Assembly: GCA_030615745.1 (NCBI GenBank)
Contig: JAUWYR010000008.1
Location: 762 to 64,761 of the forward strand
DNA: 64,000 nt
DNA from: Candidatus Zixiibacteriota bacterium
GTDB lineage: Bacteria > Zixibacteria > MSB-5A5 > SM23-73-2
Reading direction: 5' to 3'
The notes under the pieces were generated by a model, which made no database searches, was not told the origin of the DNA, and saw only the letters and a program-made list of their open reading frames with translations. Numbering within the stretch: position 1 is the first letter of the stretch; each line of letters starts with the position of its first letter. Made by a program: the position numbers and the translations under genes. Shown here in pieces: positions 29,058 to 39,499 of this stretch.

Positions 29058-30554
29058 TTAAGCTCCAATCTCCCAATTCCCTAAAGATAGCCAGGGATCG
29101 AACATTAGTTTCTTCTCTACTCTTGCTCCTTTTTTACCTTTGTTGAGCATCCCAATCGCAGCCCCTATCAATGCCTGCTCCACAAATTTTTTCTTCCCCT
29201 TTTTCTCTTTCCAATCGCTTAAATATTTTGGGATGAAATCAGTGTGTGTATTCCCAGAGATGAATTCGGGGTGCAACATCAAATCCCTCAAAAAATCTAT
29301 CTGGGTCTTTATTCCCAGGATAACATAGCCGGATAAAGCCATAATCATCTTCTTTCTTGCTTCCTCTCTTGTCTCAGCCCAACAGATAAGCTTAGCTAAA
29401 ATAGGGTCATAATGCATCGTAACATCTAAACCAGAATAAAGGGATGAATCATTCCTTATTCCTGGACCACAAGGCTCTTTTACAAATAAAATCTTACCAA
29501 AGGATGGTAAAAAATCATTTTCAGGGTCCTCAGCATATATCCTGCACTCAATTGCATGACCCCTTTGCGAAAGTTTTTCTTGTTTGAATGTTAGTTTTTC
29601 TCCAGAAGCGATTCTTATCTGTGATTTGACCAGATCGATTCCAATTGTAAGCTCTGTTATGGGATGCTCCACCTGAACTCTGGCATTGACTTCGAGAAAA
29701 TAATAGTTTTTATCCTTGTCCAAAAGGAACTCAACTGTCCCGGCATTGGTATATCCTGTTGTTTTGATAACTTTAACCGCGACCTCACCCATCTTCTCTC
29801 TAAGTTCAGGAGTTAAAATAGTTGAAGGTGTTTCCTCAACTATTTTCTGATGTCTTCTCTGAATTGAGCATTCCCTTTCAAATAGATGAACAACATTTCC
29901 ATGATAGTCAGCTAAAACTTGGAATTCAATATGTCTCGGCTGTTGGATATATTTTTCTAAATAAACCGACTCATCTCCAAAAGCTGATTTAGCCTCTCTC
30001 ATCCCGGCTTCAACTGATGATTTAAGCTCCTCTTTTGAGTTGATGATTCTCATCCCTTTTCCTCCACCACCAGCAGAAGCCTTTAATAAAACCGGATAAC
30101 CGATTTTTTCTGCCTGGTTTATAAAATCGTCCAGGTTTTCGCCTTTAGCTTTCATCCCGGGTATAATAGGAATTTTAGCTTGGGTCATAGTCTTTCTTGA
30201 CTCCACCTTATCCCCAACTAAGGCTAAAGCTTTTGAGTTGGGTCCGATGAAAATTATCTTCTCTGTCTCACATCTTTTTGCGAACTCCGAATTTTCAGCC
30301 AAAAATCCATAACCCGGATGAATTGCACAAGCTTTTGTCATCCTGGCAACTTCTATGATTTTATCCATATTAAGATAGCTTTCAAGAGGAGCAGGTGATC
30401 CTAAAAGATATGCCTCATCAGCCAACTGCACATGTAAAGCCTTTCGGTCAACTTCAGAATAGACAGCAACAGTCGAAATCCCCATCTCCTTACAAGCGCG
30501 GATAATTCTTACAGCTATCTCGCCTCGATTAGCAATAAGTATTTTATTGATCAT
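29058..30554 (-). CDS. Biotin carboxylase subunit (probable methylcrotonyl-CoA carboxylase)
   Basis: ILIANRGEIA, HPGYGFLAEN, GGGGKGMR, ERECSIQRRHQK, EVNARVQVEH. Confidence 0.93.
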   Translation of the reverse strand: MINKILIANRGEIAVRIIRACKEMGISTVAVYSEVDRKALHVQLADEAYLLGSPAPLESYLNMDKIIEVARMTKACAIHPGYGFLAENSEFAKRCETEKIIFIGPNSKALALVGDKVESRKTMTQAKIPIIPGMKAKGENLDDFINQAEKIGYPVLLKASAGGGGKGMRIINSKEELKSSVEAGMREAKSAFGDESVYLEKYIQQPRHIEFQVLADYHGNVVHLFERECSIQRRHQKIVEETPSTILTPELREKMGEVAVKVIKTTGYTNAGTVEFLLDKDKNYYFLEVNARVQVEHPITELTIGIDLVKSQIRIASGEKLTFKQEKLSQRGHAIECRIYAEDPENDFLPSFGKILFVKEPCGPGIRNDSSLYSGLDVTMHYDPILAKLICWAETREEARKKMIMALSGYVILGIKTQIDFLRDLMLHPEFISGNTHTDFIPKYLSDWKEKKGKKKFVEQALIGAAIGMLNKGKKGARVEKKLMFDPWLSLGNWEIGA

Positions 30555-30556
30555 AT

Positions 30557-31276
30557 CTATCTATTAAATTCTACACTTTCTAAAAGCTCTTTAAGTTTGA
30601 TTAATTTTTTACCTAAGTCTTTTGATTTCTCCTTAATCCTTTTATCCTCAATCTGTCCTAAGCTCGATATAAGCAAATCTAAATAGACAGAAAATCCTCC
30701 GGGACGAGAAAAAGGATGATCCAGCTCTGAAAAAGAGATTAAGGTCTCATTTATGTTATCTAATAAATCGGTTAACTTCTCCTTTTTTTCCTTCTTTAAA
30801 TTACAACTATGTAGTTCCTCTCTAAATTCGATAAAATGTCCAATAATACCGAAAATCAAAATCTTGAAAGCATATTCAGGGCTCATTTCCTCCAGTGCTT
30901 CCATATCCACAAAGCTTCTTCCCCAAATAGACTTTTCATTTATTAATCGTTCTTCTTTTGATTCTTTACCGAGGTGTTTATCATAACTTTCGCTTATCAT
31001 TTCATCTTCACCCTCTGTAAAGTAATCATCCTCCTTATCAAAAACAATGAAACCGCCCTCCTTTTTATTCATCTGACAAAGGGGGCAATCGTCATGAAAA
31101 TGATCTTCTAATGAGAATTCATCCTCTCTTTGCTTAATGGTCTTCTCGTCCGGGTTATCAAGATGAACTAAGCAGAAATTGTCTATTATAGAATAGGGAA
31201 CCTTAGATCCAAAATGAATTTCTATGTACTTATCAAGGCTACCATATTCCTCAATTATTTCATCTATCCATTTCAT
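30557..31276 (-). CDS. Hypothetical acidic protein with HFHDDCPLC motif
   Basis: 239-aa ORF co-oriented with the operon, 2 nt from the next start; no family recognised. Confidence 0.7.
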   Translation of the reverse strand: MKWIDEIIEEYGSLDKYIEIHFGSKVPYSIIDNFCLVHLDNPDEKTIKQREDEFSLEDHFHDDCPLCQMNKKEGGFIVFDKEDDYFTEGEDEMISESYDKHLGKESKEERLINEKSIWGRSFVDMEALEEMSPEYAFKILIFGIIGHFIEFREELHSCNLKKEKKEKLTDLLDNINETLISFSELDHPFSRPGGFSVYLDLLISSLGQIEDKRIKEKSKDLGKKLIKLKELLESVEFNR

Positions 31277-31286
31277 TTTATTTCAA

Positions 31287-31405
31287 GCTGTCAGGTGGTA
31301 ACACCTGACAGCACCTACCGATAACTCTTTTTTTATTTTAGTGTCAGGAGTTATCTCCTAGATATATATAACGTTCCTGTGGTGTCGGGAGTTACCTCCT
31401 GACAC
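31287..31405. repeat. REP-like hairpins (TGTCAGG...CCTGACA family)
   Basis: gctgtcaggtggtaacacctgacagc and gtgtcgggagttacctcctgacac; relatives at 33949-33978 and 34290-34315. Confidence 0.7.
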
Positions 31406-31415
31406 ATAAAAGATT

Positions 31416-32213
31416 CTATTCTTTCACCCACTTAGGCTTCCTCTTTTCAAAAAAAGCGCTCATCCCTTCCTGACCTTCCTCACTTACCCTTAATTTTGCA
31501 ATCACCTCCGCAGTATATTTTTTTGCCTGATCAAAGCTCATCTGGGGAACTTTCGAAAGTAAATCCTTGCACATAGCCAAAGCATTAGGTCCGCTGGAGG
31601 TGAGCTTTTTAACCAAATCATCCGTTACCTGATCTAACTTGTCATGAGGAACAACCTGGTTAACCAATCCTAATTCAAATCCCTTTTTAGCATCAATCCT
31701 TTGGCCGGTTAAAAACAGCTCCCGGCATACCCTCTCCCCTACCCTTCTTAAAACATAGGGAGAAATACAGGCTGGAACCAGACCTAATTTCACCTCCGAT
31801 AAGCTGAACTTTGCTTTCTCTGAGGCGATCACCAGATCACATACCGAAACTAACCCAGCTCCACCCCCAATGGCGGCTCCATTAACCTTAGCTATAACCG
31901 GTTTGGGTAGTGTATACATAATATAAAAAAGCTCAGCTAAAGCCAATGACTCTTTGATATTCTCCTCATAAGAGAAATCGATTATCTTTTTCATCCAGTT
32001 CAAATCCGCCCCAGCACAGAAGGATTTGCCATTACCGGTTAAAACTATTACTCTAATCTCTTTGTCGTCCTTTATCTCTTTGAAAACTTGGGTGAGCTCA
32101 GAGATCATGACCTCGTTGAAAGCGTTATGGATTTCCGGGCGATTTAGATTAACTCTTGCGATGAGGTTATCAACTGAAAAGATTATTGTTTGAAAAAATT
32201 TTTTGTCTGTCAA
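31416..32213 (-). CDS. liuC: Methylglutaconyl-CoA hydratase
   Basis: NRPEIHNAFN, FCAGADLNWM, GGGAGLVSVCD, LSEVKLGLVPACISPYV; adjacent to MCC. Confidence 0.85.
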   Translation of the reverse strand: MTDKKFFQTIIFSVDNLIARVNLNRPEIHNAFNEVMISELTQVFKEIKDDKEIRVIVLTGNGKSFCAGADLNWMKKIIDFSYEENIKESLALAELFYIMYTLPKPVIAKVNGAAIGGGAGLVSVCDLVIASEKAKFSLSEVKLGLVPACISPYVLRRVGERVCRELFLTGQRIDAKKGFELGLVNQVVPHDKLDQVTDDLVKKLTSSGPNALAMCKDLLSKVPQMSFDQAKKYTAEVIAKLRVSEEGQEGMSAFFEKRKPKWVKE

Positions 32214-32311
32214 AACTCATCTCCCTCTAAAACAAAAACGTAGGGACAGACCTTTCCGCCAGAGGCGGATCTGCCTAAGGCATGACAGGTCTGTCTTAAG
32301 ATTATAACTAT

Positions 32312-33919
32312 TTACATCCTGAAAATCCCATACTCGGTATCAGGTATGAGCTGGTTCAAAGACATTGAAATTCCTAAGGCTAAAGCGGTTCTGGTCTCTG
32401 TGGGGTTTATGATCCCGTCATCCCATAATCTGGCAGAACTATAAAAAGGATGTGATTCCTCCTCATATTTTTTTAAAATGGGTTCTCTGAACCTGTCCTG
32501 TTCTTCTTTGGTCCAGATTATCCCTTTCTTTTTTAATATCCTCAACTTAACATCCAACAAAACGTTTGAAGCCTGATCACCACCCATAACGCAAATTCTT
32601 GCATTGGGCCACATCCACAAAAGCCTGGGCCTGTAAGCTCTTCCGCACATTCCATAATTGCCTGCTCCATAGGAACCACCAACAATAATAGTGAATTTGG
32701 GAACATCTGCATTTGCCACCGCATGAACTAACTTGGCTCCGTCTTTGGCAATTCCCTGATGCTCGTATTGTTTTCCAACTATAAATCCGGTGATGTTCTG
32801 CAAAAATATCAAGGGAATCTTTCTTTTGGTGCACAGGGTGATAAAGTGAGCTCCTTTTAAAGAGCTTTCAGAGAATAAAACTCCGTTGTTAGCTATGATA
32901 CCCACAGGATATCCCATTATCCTGGCAAAACCGCAGACCAGAGTTGGACCATAGAGTTCCTTGAACTCATGGAATTTACTGCCGTCAACAACTCGAGCAA
33001 TCACCTCTCTCATATCATAGGACTTTCTGATATCTTTTGGGATAATTCCATAGATCTCTTTTGGATCATAAGAAGGATCCTCAGGCTCAGCTACATCCAA
33101 TTCAAATTTGTTAGGGGGATCTAAATTCTCAATTATATTTCTGGTGATCTCTAAGGCATGCTCATCGTTTAGAGCGTAATGGTCAGCCACACCTGAGATC
33201 CTGCAATGGACATCAGCACCTCCTAATTCCTCACCTGTAACCTCTTCACCTGTTGCCGCTTTAACCAGGGGTGGACCACCTATAAAAATTGTTCCCTGTT
33301 TTCTGACAATCACAGCCTCATCGCTCATCGCAGGAACATAAGCACCACCTGCGGTGCAGGAGCCTAAAACTACAGCTATCTGAGGAATTCCCATGGCTGA
33401 TAGCCTTGCCTGGTTATAAAATATCTTTCCAAAGTGGTCTTTGTCAGGAAAAGTTCCTGATTGATAGGGCAGAAAAATCCCACCTGAATCGACTAAATAG
33501 ACACAGGGTAGCCGATTTTCCATTGCGATCTCTTGAGCTCTTACGTGCTTTTTTATAGTCGATGGAAAATAGGTTCCACCTTTTACTGTGGCATCGTTGG
33601 CTACAATCAACACTTCCCTTCCGTGAACAACCCCGATTCCGGTTATTATGCCTGAGCAAGGAGGTTCCTCTTTATACATTTTATATCCGGCTAATTGGGA
33701 GAGCTCTAAAAAGGGAGTATTTTTGTCAAACAATAATTTTAACCTATCCCTGACTAAAGTTTTTCCGCGTTTTAAATGCCTTTCCCTATCTTTCGGTTCA
33801 CCACCCTCCCTCATCTTAGCCAAAACCTCCTTATACTCGTCCACCACCTTTTGCATATATTCCTGGTTGGCTTTGAATTCAGAGGACTTTGTATCGACTT
33901 TTGATTCGATGCGAAACAT
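32312..33919 (-). CDS. liuB: Methylcrotonyl-CoA carboxylase carboxyltransferase (beta) subunit
   Basis: [62 protein letters not shown]. Confidence 0.9.
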   Translation of the reverse strand: MFRIESKVDTKSSEFKANQEYMQKVVDEYKEVLAKMREGGEPKDRERHLKRGKTLVRDRLKLLFDKNTPFLELSQLAGYKMYKEEPPCSGIITGIGVVHGREVLIVANDATVKGGTYFPSTIKKHVRAQEIAMENRLPCVYLVDSGGIFLPYQSGTFPDKDHFGKIFYNQARLSAMGIPQIAVVLGSCTAGGAYVPAMSDEAVIVRKQGTIFIGGPPLVKAATGEEVTGEELGGADVHCRISGVADHYALNDEHALEITRNIIENLDPPNKFELDVAEPEDPSYDPKEIYGIIPKDIRKSYDMREVIARVVDGSKFHEFKELYGPTLVCGFARIMGYPVGIIANNGVLFSESSLKGAHFITLCTKRKIPLIFLQNITGFIVGKQYEHQGIAKDGAKLVHAVANADVPKFTIIVGGSYGAGNYGMCGRAYRPRLLWMWPNARICVMGGDQASNVLLDVKLRILKKKGIIWTKEEQDRFREPILKKYEEESHPFYSSARLWDDGIINPTETRTALALGISMSLNQLIPDTEYGIFRM

Positions 33920-33948
33920 TTTTTACCTTCTTAATGTCAGGTTAACCT

Positions 33949-34386
33949 GTGGTGTCAGGAGATAACTCCTGACACCACGTATATTAATCTTGTAGGGGAG
34001 GGGCTTGTCCCCTCCCGACCACCAGCGGGAGACCACGAGGGTCTCCCCTACATATTAGATTTATTTTGTTGGTATCGACTTTTGATTCTATTCGAAACAT
34101 TTTTTACCTTTTTAGTCTCTGGACTTTTGTAGAGGCAACTCTCGTGATTGCCCGTATTAGGACAGGGACAAGCCCTGTCCCTACTTTTCTTTTGAACGCC
34201 CGACAGGATCATCAGACGTTACCTTTTTTTGATCACCTCTCCCTAACCCTCTCCTTTTAAGGAGAGGGACTAAGGGTGAGGTTTACTATGCTGTCAGGTG
34301 TTAACACCTGACAGCACGTAAACACGCATGGTAGCCGTCCCGTTCTAACGGGACGAAAATTTACGCACCCTGAAGGGTGCGGCTAC
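33949..34386. repeat. Cluster of several distinct REP-like elements, including GTAG...CTAC doublets
   Basis: 33992-34051, 34129-34184 and 34331-34386 are GTAG/CTAC-bounded hairpin pairs; further hairpins at 34234-34281 and 34290-34315. Confidence 0.8.
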
Positions 34387-34393
34387 CCCTATG

Positions 34394-34783
34394 TCATACC
34401 GGCACACATTTATAACCATAACAGATAATCCCAGCCTCTCCCTCTGAATATATCTTCCTGAACTCAATCCTCATCCTCTGCCCGATCTCAAGCTTATCCA
34501 AATCGCAGTCTACTATCTGAGAGAGTATTTTCACTCCGCGGTCAAGCTCAACTATTCCTATAGCATAAGGCGACTGATCGGTAAATTGACTTGGAGGAAC
34601 TCTGATTATGGTATAGGTTAAAAGCTCTCCTTCTCTTTGTAAATTAACCATCTCGAATTCACGGGACTTGCACGATGAGCAGATAAGTCTTGGCGGAAAA
34701 TATACCTGTCCACACCCTTTACATTTAGCCCCTTCCAATCTATATCTCTGAGGAATCTCTCTCCAGTATTTTGGCGCTGGCAT
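34394..34783 (-). CDS. DUF35 Zn-ribbon/OB-fold protein (thiolase/HMGCS scaffold)
   Basis: CKGCGQVYFPPRLICSSC, G.L.TYT.I, PY.IG.VEL. Confidence 0.9.
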   Translation of the reverse strand: MPAPKYWREIPQRYRLEGAKCKGCGQVYFPPRLICSSCKSREFEMVNLQREGELLTYTIIRVPPSQFTDQSPYAIGIVELDRGVKILSQIVDCDLDKLEIGQRMRIEFRKIYSEGEAGIICYGYKCVPV

Positions 34784-35940
34784 TATACCACCTCCATTAT
34801 ATGAACAACACTACTACCACCGCTTCCACCCATATTCTGAGTTAAACCAACTTTTGCATTCTTAACCTGACGGTCATTTGCTTCGCCCCGAAGCTGTTTT
34901 ACTATCTCGCACACCTGGGCAATCCCTGTTGCTCCGACTGGATGACCTTTTGATTTTAACCCGCCTGAAGTATTAACTGGAATTTTTCCATCCAAAGCAG
35001 TCAAACCACCCTCTGTTGCCTTGCCACCTTTACCTTTTTCAACAAAGCCCAATGCCTCGATCACACATATCTCCGCTATGGTGAAGCAATCGTGAACCTC
35101 AGCCAAATCGATATCCTCGGGTTTTTTATCCGCCATCTTGTAAGCTTTCTCAGCTGCTACCTTGGTTGAGCGAATTTCAGTTATATCCTCTCTTGAATGA
35201 AGTGCGATGGTATCAGTGGCATTTCCAGAGCCTGTTATTTTGACCAAAGGCTTTTTACAAATCTTTTTGGCTATATCCATTGGACAAAGGATAACTGCTG
35301 CTGCACCATCGGTTATAGGTGAGCAGTCTAAAATCCTCAAGGGGTCTGCGATCATAACCGAGTTTATCACGTTCTCAACAGTTACCTTCTGGGGAAACTG
35401 AGCTAAGGGGTTCATCGACCCATTATGATGATTTTTCACTGCGACCTGGGCTAACTGCTCTCTGGTCGTCCCGTACTTATGCATATGTGCCTGGGCCATC
35501 ATGGCATAAAGGCCTGGAAAAGTGATTCCAGAATAGACCTCATATTCCTGGTCAGCAGCAGTGGATAGAGCAAATGTTGCTCCCTCTACGGGAACGTCAG
35601 TCATCTTCTCCACTCCGCCAACTAAAACGATATCGCTTGCCCCAGAAGCAACATCCAAAAATCCTATTCTCAATGCCAATCCACCAGAGGCGCAGGCTGA
35701 CTCAATCCGAGCTGATGGAATAGGACAAACCCCTAAATAATCAGCTAAAAGAGATGATAAGTGCTCCTGTCCAACAAAAAGACCTGAGGACATACATCCA
35801 ACATACATAGAATCTATATGGTCAACTCCTGCATCATCTATAGCTAAAAGAGCAGACTCAGTGAAAATATCCCTTAACGATTTATACCACAACTCTCCCC
35901 ATTTATTCATCCCCACTCCGATTATAGCCACTTCTCTCAC
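34783..35940 (-). CDS. Archaeal-type acetoacetyl-CoA thiolase
   Basis: [43 protein letters not shown]. Confidence 0.9.
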   Translation of the reverse strand: MREVAIIGVGMNKWGELWYKSLRDIFTESALLAIDDAGVDHIDSMYVGCMSSGLFVGQEHLSSLLADYLGVCPIPSARIESACASGGLALRIGFLDVASGASDIVLVGGVEKMTDVPVEGATFALSTAADQEYEVYSGITFPGLYAMMAQAHMHKYGTTREQLAQVAVKNHHNGSMNPLAQFPQKVTVENVINSVMIADPLRILDCSPITDGAAAVILCPMDIAKKICKKPLVKITGSGNATDTIALHSREDITEIRSTKVAAEKAYKMADKKPEDIDLAEVHDCFTIAEICVIEALGFVEKGKGGKATEGGLTALDGKIPVNTSGGLKSKGHPVGATGIAQVCEIVKQLRGEANDRQVKNAKVGLTQNMGGSGGSSVVHIMEVV

Positions 35941-35954
35941 TTTTATCCTCCTTC

Positions 35955-37001
35955 TTACTCAGCTTTTCTTATCTTTCCCCTGTATTTGGCATAGGTTCCA
36001 TAATCGATATAAGTTTTATTGTTATTCAAAATATCTTTGGTCTTGGGCGCTTTATTTTGAACTTCTGAGATCTTTGGGGTAACTTTCCAGATAAAGGCAT
36101 CGGAACCTGCTCCTGACCCATAAGATACCATCAAAATCAAATCATCAGGTTTTGCCTCATCCAAAATAGCGGTAAGTCCCATGGGTGATGAACCGGAATA
36201 GGTGTTTCCCATCCAGGGGCATAACAAACCCGTATCCAACTGCTCCCTTTTGAAACCCAAAATTTTGCCAACTTTTAGAGGAAATTTGCCATTGGGCTGG
36301 TGAAAAACAGCATATTTGAAATCCTTGGGCTCAAGCTTGACTTTCTTTAAAATCCCTTTTGCAGCTCCTATTATATGTTTAAAATATGCTGGCTCACCAG
36401 TGAACCTCGAGGCATGCCTCGGATAATATTGATATTCCCTTCTCCAGAAATCAGGGGTATCTGTCATATATGAGTAGGTTTCGATTGCCTCAGCCAGCAA
36501 ATTATCCTTTCCCATGATAAAAGAAGCAGCCCCAGCCGCAGCAGTATATTCTAAAGCATCACCGGGCGCTCCCTGGGAGGTGTCAGCACCAACAGCGAGC
36601 CCGTATTCCATCGAGCCAGACCTCACCAATTCTAAACAAACGAACATCGCCTCAGAGCCAGCCTTACAGGCAAACTCAAAATCAGCACAGTGAACATCAG
36701 GGGTTGCTCCTATGGCTTCTGCTAAAACAGTCCCCGATGGCTTGACTGCATAAGGATGAGATTCAGAGCCAACATAGACCGCACCGATCTTTTTGGGGTC
36801 GATTTGTGCCCTTTTTAAAGCGTAAAGAGTTGCTTCAACTGACATAGTTATGGTATCCTGATCAGGCGAAGGAACAGATTTCTCCTCCACAAAAAGACCT
36901 TTTTTGTAAGAATTCGCATCCGTGCCCCAAACTTTTGCAATCTCCTCCACTTTAATCCTATTTTTTGGAATGTATGCCCCGTAACCAACTATACCAACCA
37001 T
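35955..37001 (-). CDS. Hydroxymethylglutaryl-CoA synthase, archaeal type
   Basis: [68 protein letters not shown]. Confidence 0.9.
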   Translation of the reverse strand: MVGIVGYGAYIPKNRIKVEEIAKVWGTDANSYKKGLFVEEKSVPSPDQDTITMSVEATLYALKRAQIDPKKIGAVYVGSESHPYAVKPSGTVLAEAIGATPDVHCADFEFACKAGSEAMFVCLELVRSGSMEYGLAVGADTSQGAPGDALEYTAAAGAASFIMGKDNLLAEAIETYSYMTDTPDFWRREYQYYPRHASRFTGEPAYFKHIIGAAKGILKKVKLEPKDFKYAVFHQPNGKFPLKVGKILGFKREQLDTGLLCPWMGNTYSGSSPMGLTAILDEAKPDDLILMVSYGSGAGSDAFIWKVTPKISEVQNKAPKTKDILNNNKTYIDYGTYAKYRGKIRKAE

Positions 37002-37127
37002 TTTATCACTCCCTTTCTCTTTGTGCTAAAATTCACAAAGTTATATAAAAAAAATTCCTTCAAAAGTCAAGCTTAAATCTGAAACGCAACTTAAAAGTTG
37101 CGGCTACCTTTTCATCTTGCATCTGCT

Positions 37128-38216
37128 TTATTCCACCCTCTCCGGATAGGTCCTGGCTTCCTCTTCTCCTCTTAAAACTCTTAAGGCACCTAAAGCCAAT
37201 GATTTCATCTCATCCTCACCCGGATAGACCAGAACTTTCCCCAAAAATCCAACCCACTCTTTAAGCTTTTCTACAACCATTTCAGATTCAGTCATCCCAC
37301 CGGTCAGGACTATAGCATCTATATCACCTTTTAAAGCAATTGCCCGAGAGCTTATCTCTTGAGCTATCTGATAGAGCATAGCCTCATATACAACTTTAGC
37401 TTTCCTGTCACCTTCAGAGACTCTTTTTTCCACTTCCTTACAATTATTTGTGCCCAGATAGGCAACCAATCCTCCTCCTCCCACCATTCTCCTCTTTATC
37501 TGTTCCAAGCTATCTTTACCGGAGAAACACCACTCAGCAAAATCGAACATAGGAAGTGTCCCTGCTCTCTCAGGAGTGTAAGGTCCAGTATCTAAAGCAT
37601 TATTTGTATCAATCACTCTTCCTTTTCTTATGGCTGAAACAGTTATCCCACCTCCTAAATGGGCAACTATGAGATTAACCTCATGATATTTTTTACCTAA
37701 ATCTGAGACAGCTAATCTTGCCGTGGCTTTGACATTTAAAGCGTGAAAAATGCTTTTTTTAGGGATTTCTGGAAGACCGGTATATCTTGCAAGTTCATCC
37801 AATTCATCCACTGAAGGTGGGTCAACTATAAATGAAGGGATATGATAATCCCATCCTATTCCAAAAGCTAAAACAGCTCCTAAATTAGCAGGATGTTCAC
37901 CTCCATACGCTTTTCTTCCATCCTCGATCATAAGCTCATTTACCCTGTAAGTTCCGGAAACCACCGAACGAAAAAGACCACCTCTTCCCACTACCGCTGA
38001 AAAAGACTTTGGATTTATATTATGTGCCTCTAATAGCTCTTTGATTAACTTTTTTCTGAACTCGTACTGATCCCAAACCCTTTTAAATGGCTCCAGTTCC
38101 AATTTGCTGTGATGAATGATGTTTTTAAAAAGCTCTTTTTCATTTTCAAATACAGAAATTTTTGTTGAAGTGGAACCCGGATTTATCACCAGAATCTTAA
38201 ATTTTTGATTTGTCAT
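37128..38216 (-). CDS. buk: Butyrate kinase, second paralog
   Basis: INPGSTSTK, VGRGG, HPANLG, FHALN, HLGGGIT, PGEDEM. Confidence 0.93.
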   Translation of the reverse strand: MTNQKFKILVINPGSTSTKISVFENEKELFKNIIHHSKLELEPFKRVWDQYEFRKKLIKELLEAHNINPKSFSAVVGRGGLFRSVVSGTYRVNELMIEDGRKAYGGEHPANLGAVLAFGIGWDYHIPSFIVDPPSVDELDELARYTGLPEIPKKSIFHALNVKATARLAVSDLGKKYHEVNLIVAHLGGGITVSAIRKGRVIDTNNALDTGPYTPERAGTLPMFDFAEWCFSGKDSLEQIKRRMVGGGGLVAYLGTNNCKEVEKRVSEGDRKAKVVYEAMLYQIAQEISSRAIALKGDIDAIVLTGGMTESEMVVEKLKEWVGFLGKVLVYPGEDEMKSLALGALRVLRGEEEARTYPERVE

Positions 38217-38325
38217 AAACCTCCAATATTTTATATATTCAGTAGGTCAAAATTCCTATTTTGACCACCCCAAATAGGGATTTGGGGCTTGAAAGCCTCG
38301 TCTATCCCAAAACGCCATTATGAAT

Positions 38326-39429
38326 CTACTCTTTTTGACCCCCCCTTTGCGAAAAAATAACAGGAGATTTAAGAATATCTTTTATCGCACCAACTTTTCT
38401 TATCCTCTCCTGTGCTATAAGGTGAGCTGCCTCATATGTGGATATATTCTCCTTTTTGGATTTAGCAATCACCTTTGCCATAATATCATAGATTTTTTTA
38501 GCAGAAGCTAAGGCTTGTTCTTTAGAAAGTATCTTAAAAGCATCCTCGGTCAAAAACATCTCTCCGCAATTGACCACAAAGTCAGGAGCACATAGAATCT
38601 CCCTTTTTCTAAGCTCTTCTGATAAGGAGATATCCTCTAAGATATTATAAGCAGGTCCTACGATTATCTTGCACCTCAGAGCGGAGATATTCTTTTTTGT
38701 GATAACAGGACCCAAAGCGCAGGGGGATAGAATATCACATTCTGCGGATAGAATTTCTTCAGGTTTTACAATCTTTGTCTGAGAATATCTGTCCTGAACA
38801 TTTTTTAGCCTATCATAGTTTAAGTCAGTTATTACAAGCTTTACACCCTCTTGCATAAGATAATCAGTTAATTTGGTTCCCACGCTTCCAACTCCCTGGA
38901 TAGCGATAACCAGCCCATCCAATTCAGATCGACCATAGACCTCCTTGGCGCAGGCTTTCATTCCCCAGTAAACACCACAAGCGGTAATCTCTGCGCTTTC
39001 AGCCCCTCCAGTAGGAGCGCCGAAAAGCATAACATAATCTGTTTCCCTTTTTATATATCTCATATCCTTTGTATCAGTCCCTAAATCAGGATAGGTTACA
39101 ATCCTGCCTTTCAATCCCTCAATAAACCTTCCTAAAGCTCTGAAGTAAGCTTCATCCGGAGGCTTATCGAAATCGTGCCACAAAACTATCTTTCCCCCTC
39201 CGGTATCCGAATCAGCAATTGAGGACTGACAGGTCATTATCTCAGAAAGTATTAAAGCATCATCCAGAGCATCCTTCTCTGCTTTGTATCTCCACAATCT
39301 ACACCCACCTATGGCATTTCCTAAGGTGGTATTGTGAATGGCAATAATAGCTTTTAGATTTGTTGGCTTGTTGTAACAGAAAATGAGTTGCTCATGAGCG
39401 TGTTGTTCCATCTTTTCAAATATTCCCAT
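38326..39429 (-). CDS. Divergent Glu/Leu/Phe/Val dehydrogenase family protein
   Basis: IAIHNTTLG, GGGK, QGVGSVG; start placed at ATG 39429 with GGAG SD; substrate-site substitutions (see findings). Confidence 0.85.
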   Translation of the reverse strand: MGIFEKMEQHAHEQLIFCYNKPTNLKAIIAIHNTTLGNAIGGCRLWRYKAEKDALDDALILSEIMTCQSSIADSDTGGGKIVLWHDFDKPPDEAYFRALGRFIEGLKGRIVTYPDLGTDTKDMRYIKRETDYVMLFGAPTGGAESAEITACGVYWGMKACAKEVYGRSELDGLVIAIQGVGSVGTKLTDYLMQEGVKLVITDLNYDRLKNVQDRYSQTKIVKPEEILSAECDILSPCALGPVITKKNISALRCKIIVGPAYNILEDISLSEELRKREILCAPDFVVNCGEMFLTEDAFKILSKEQALASAKKIYDIMAKVIAKSKKENISTYEAAHLIAQERIRKVGAIKDILKSPVIFSQRGGQKE

Positions 39430-39443
39430 AACAGTTACTCCTG

Positions 39444-39497
39444 TCTCTTGATACATACGTATCTCTTGATGCGTACGTATCTCTTGATGCATACGCA
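39444..39497. repeat. 18-bp tandem repeat x3 (TCTCTTGATRCRTACGYA)
   Basis: Directly visible. Confidence 0.9.
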
Positions 39498-39499
39498 AA

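Noticed and set aside
34394..37001. PhlABC-type acyltransferase (DAPG biosynthesis)
   Set aside because: The synthase keeps the full HMGCS catalytic motifs and no type III PKS (phlD) is present.
39444..39497. CRISPR array
   Set aside because: Contiguous 18-bp units with no spacers and no cas genes; the heptamer mosaics also lack unique spacers.
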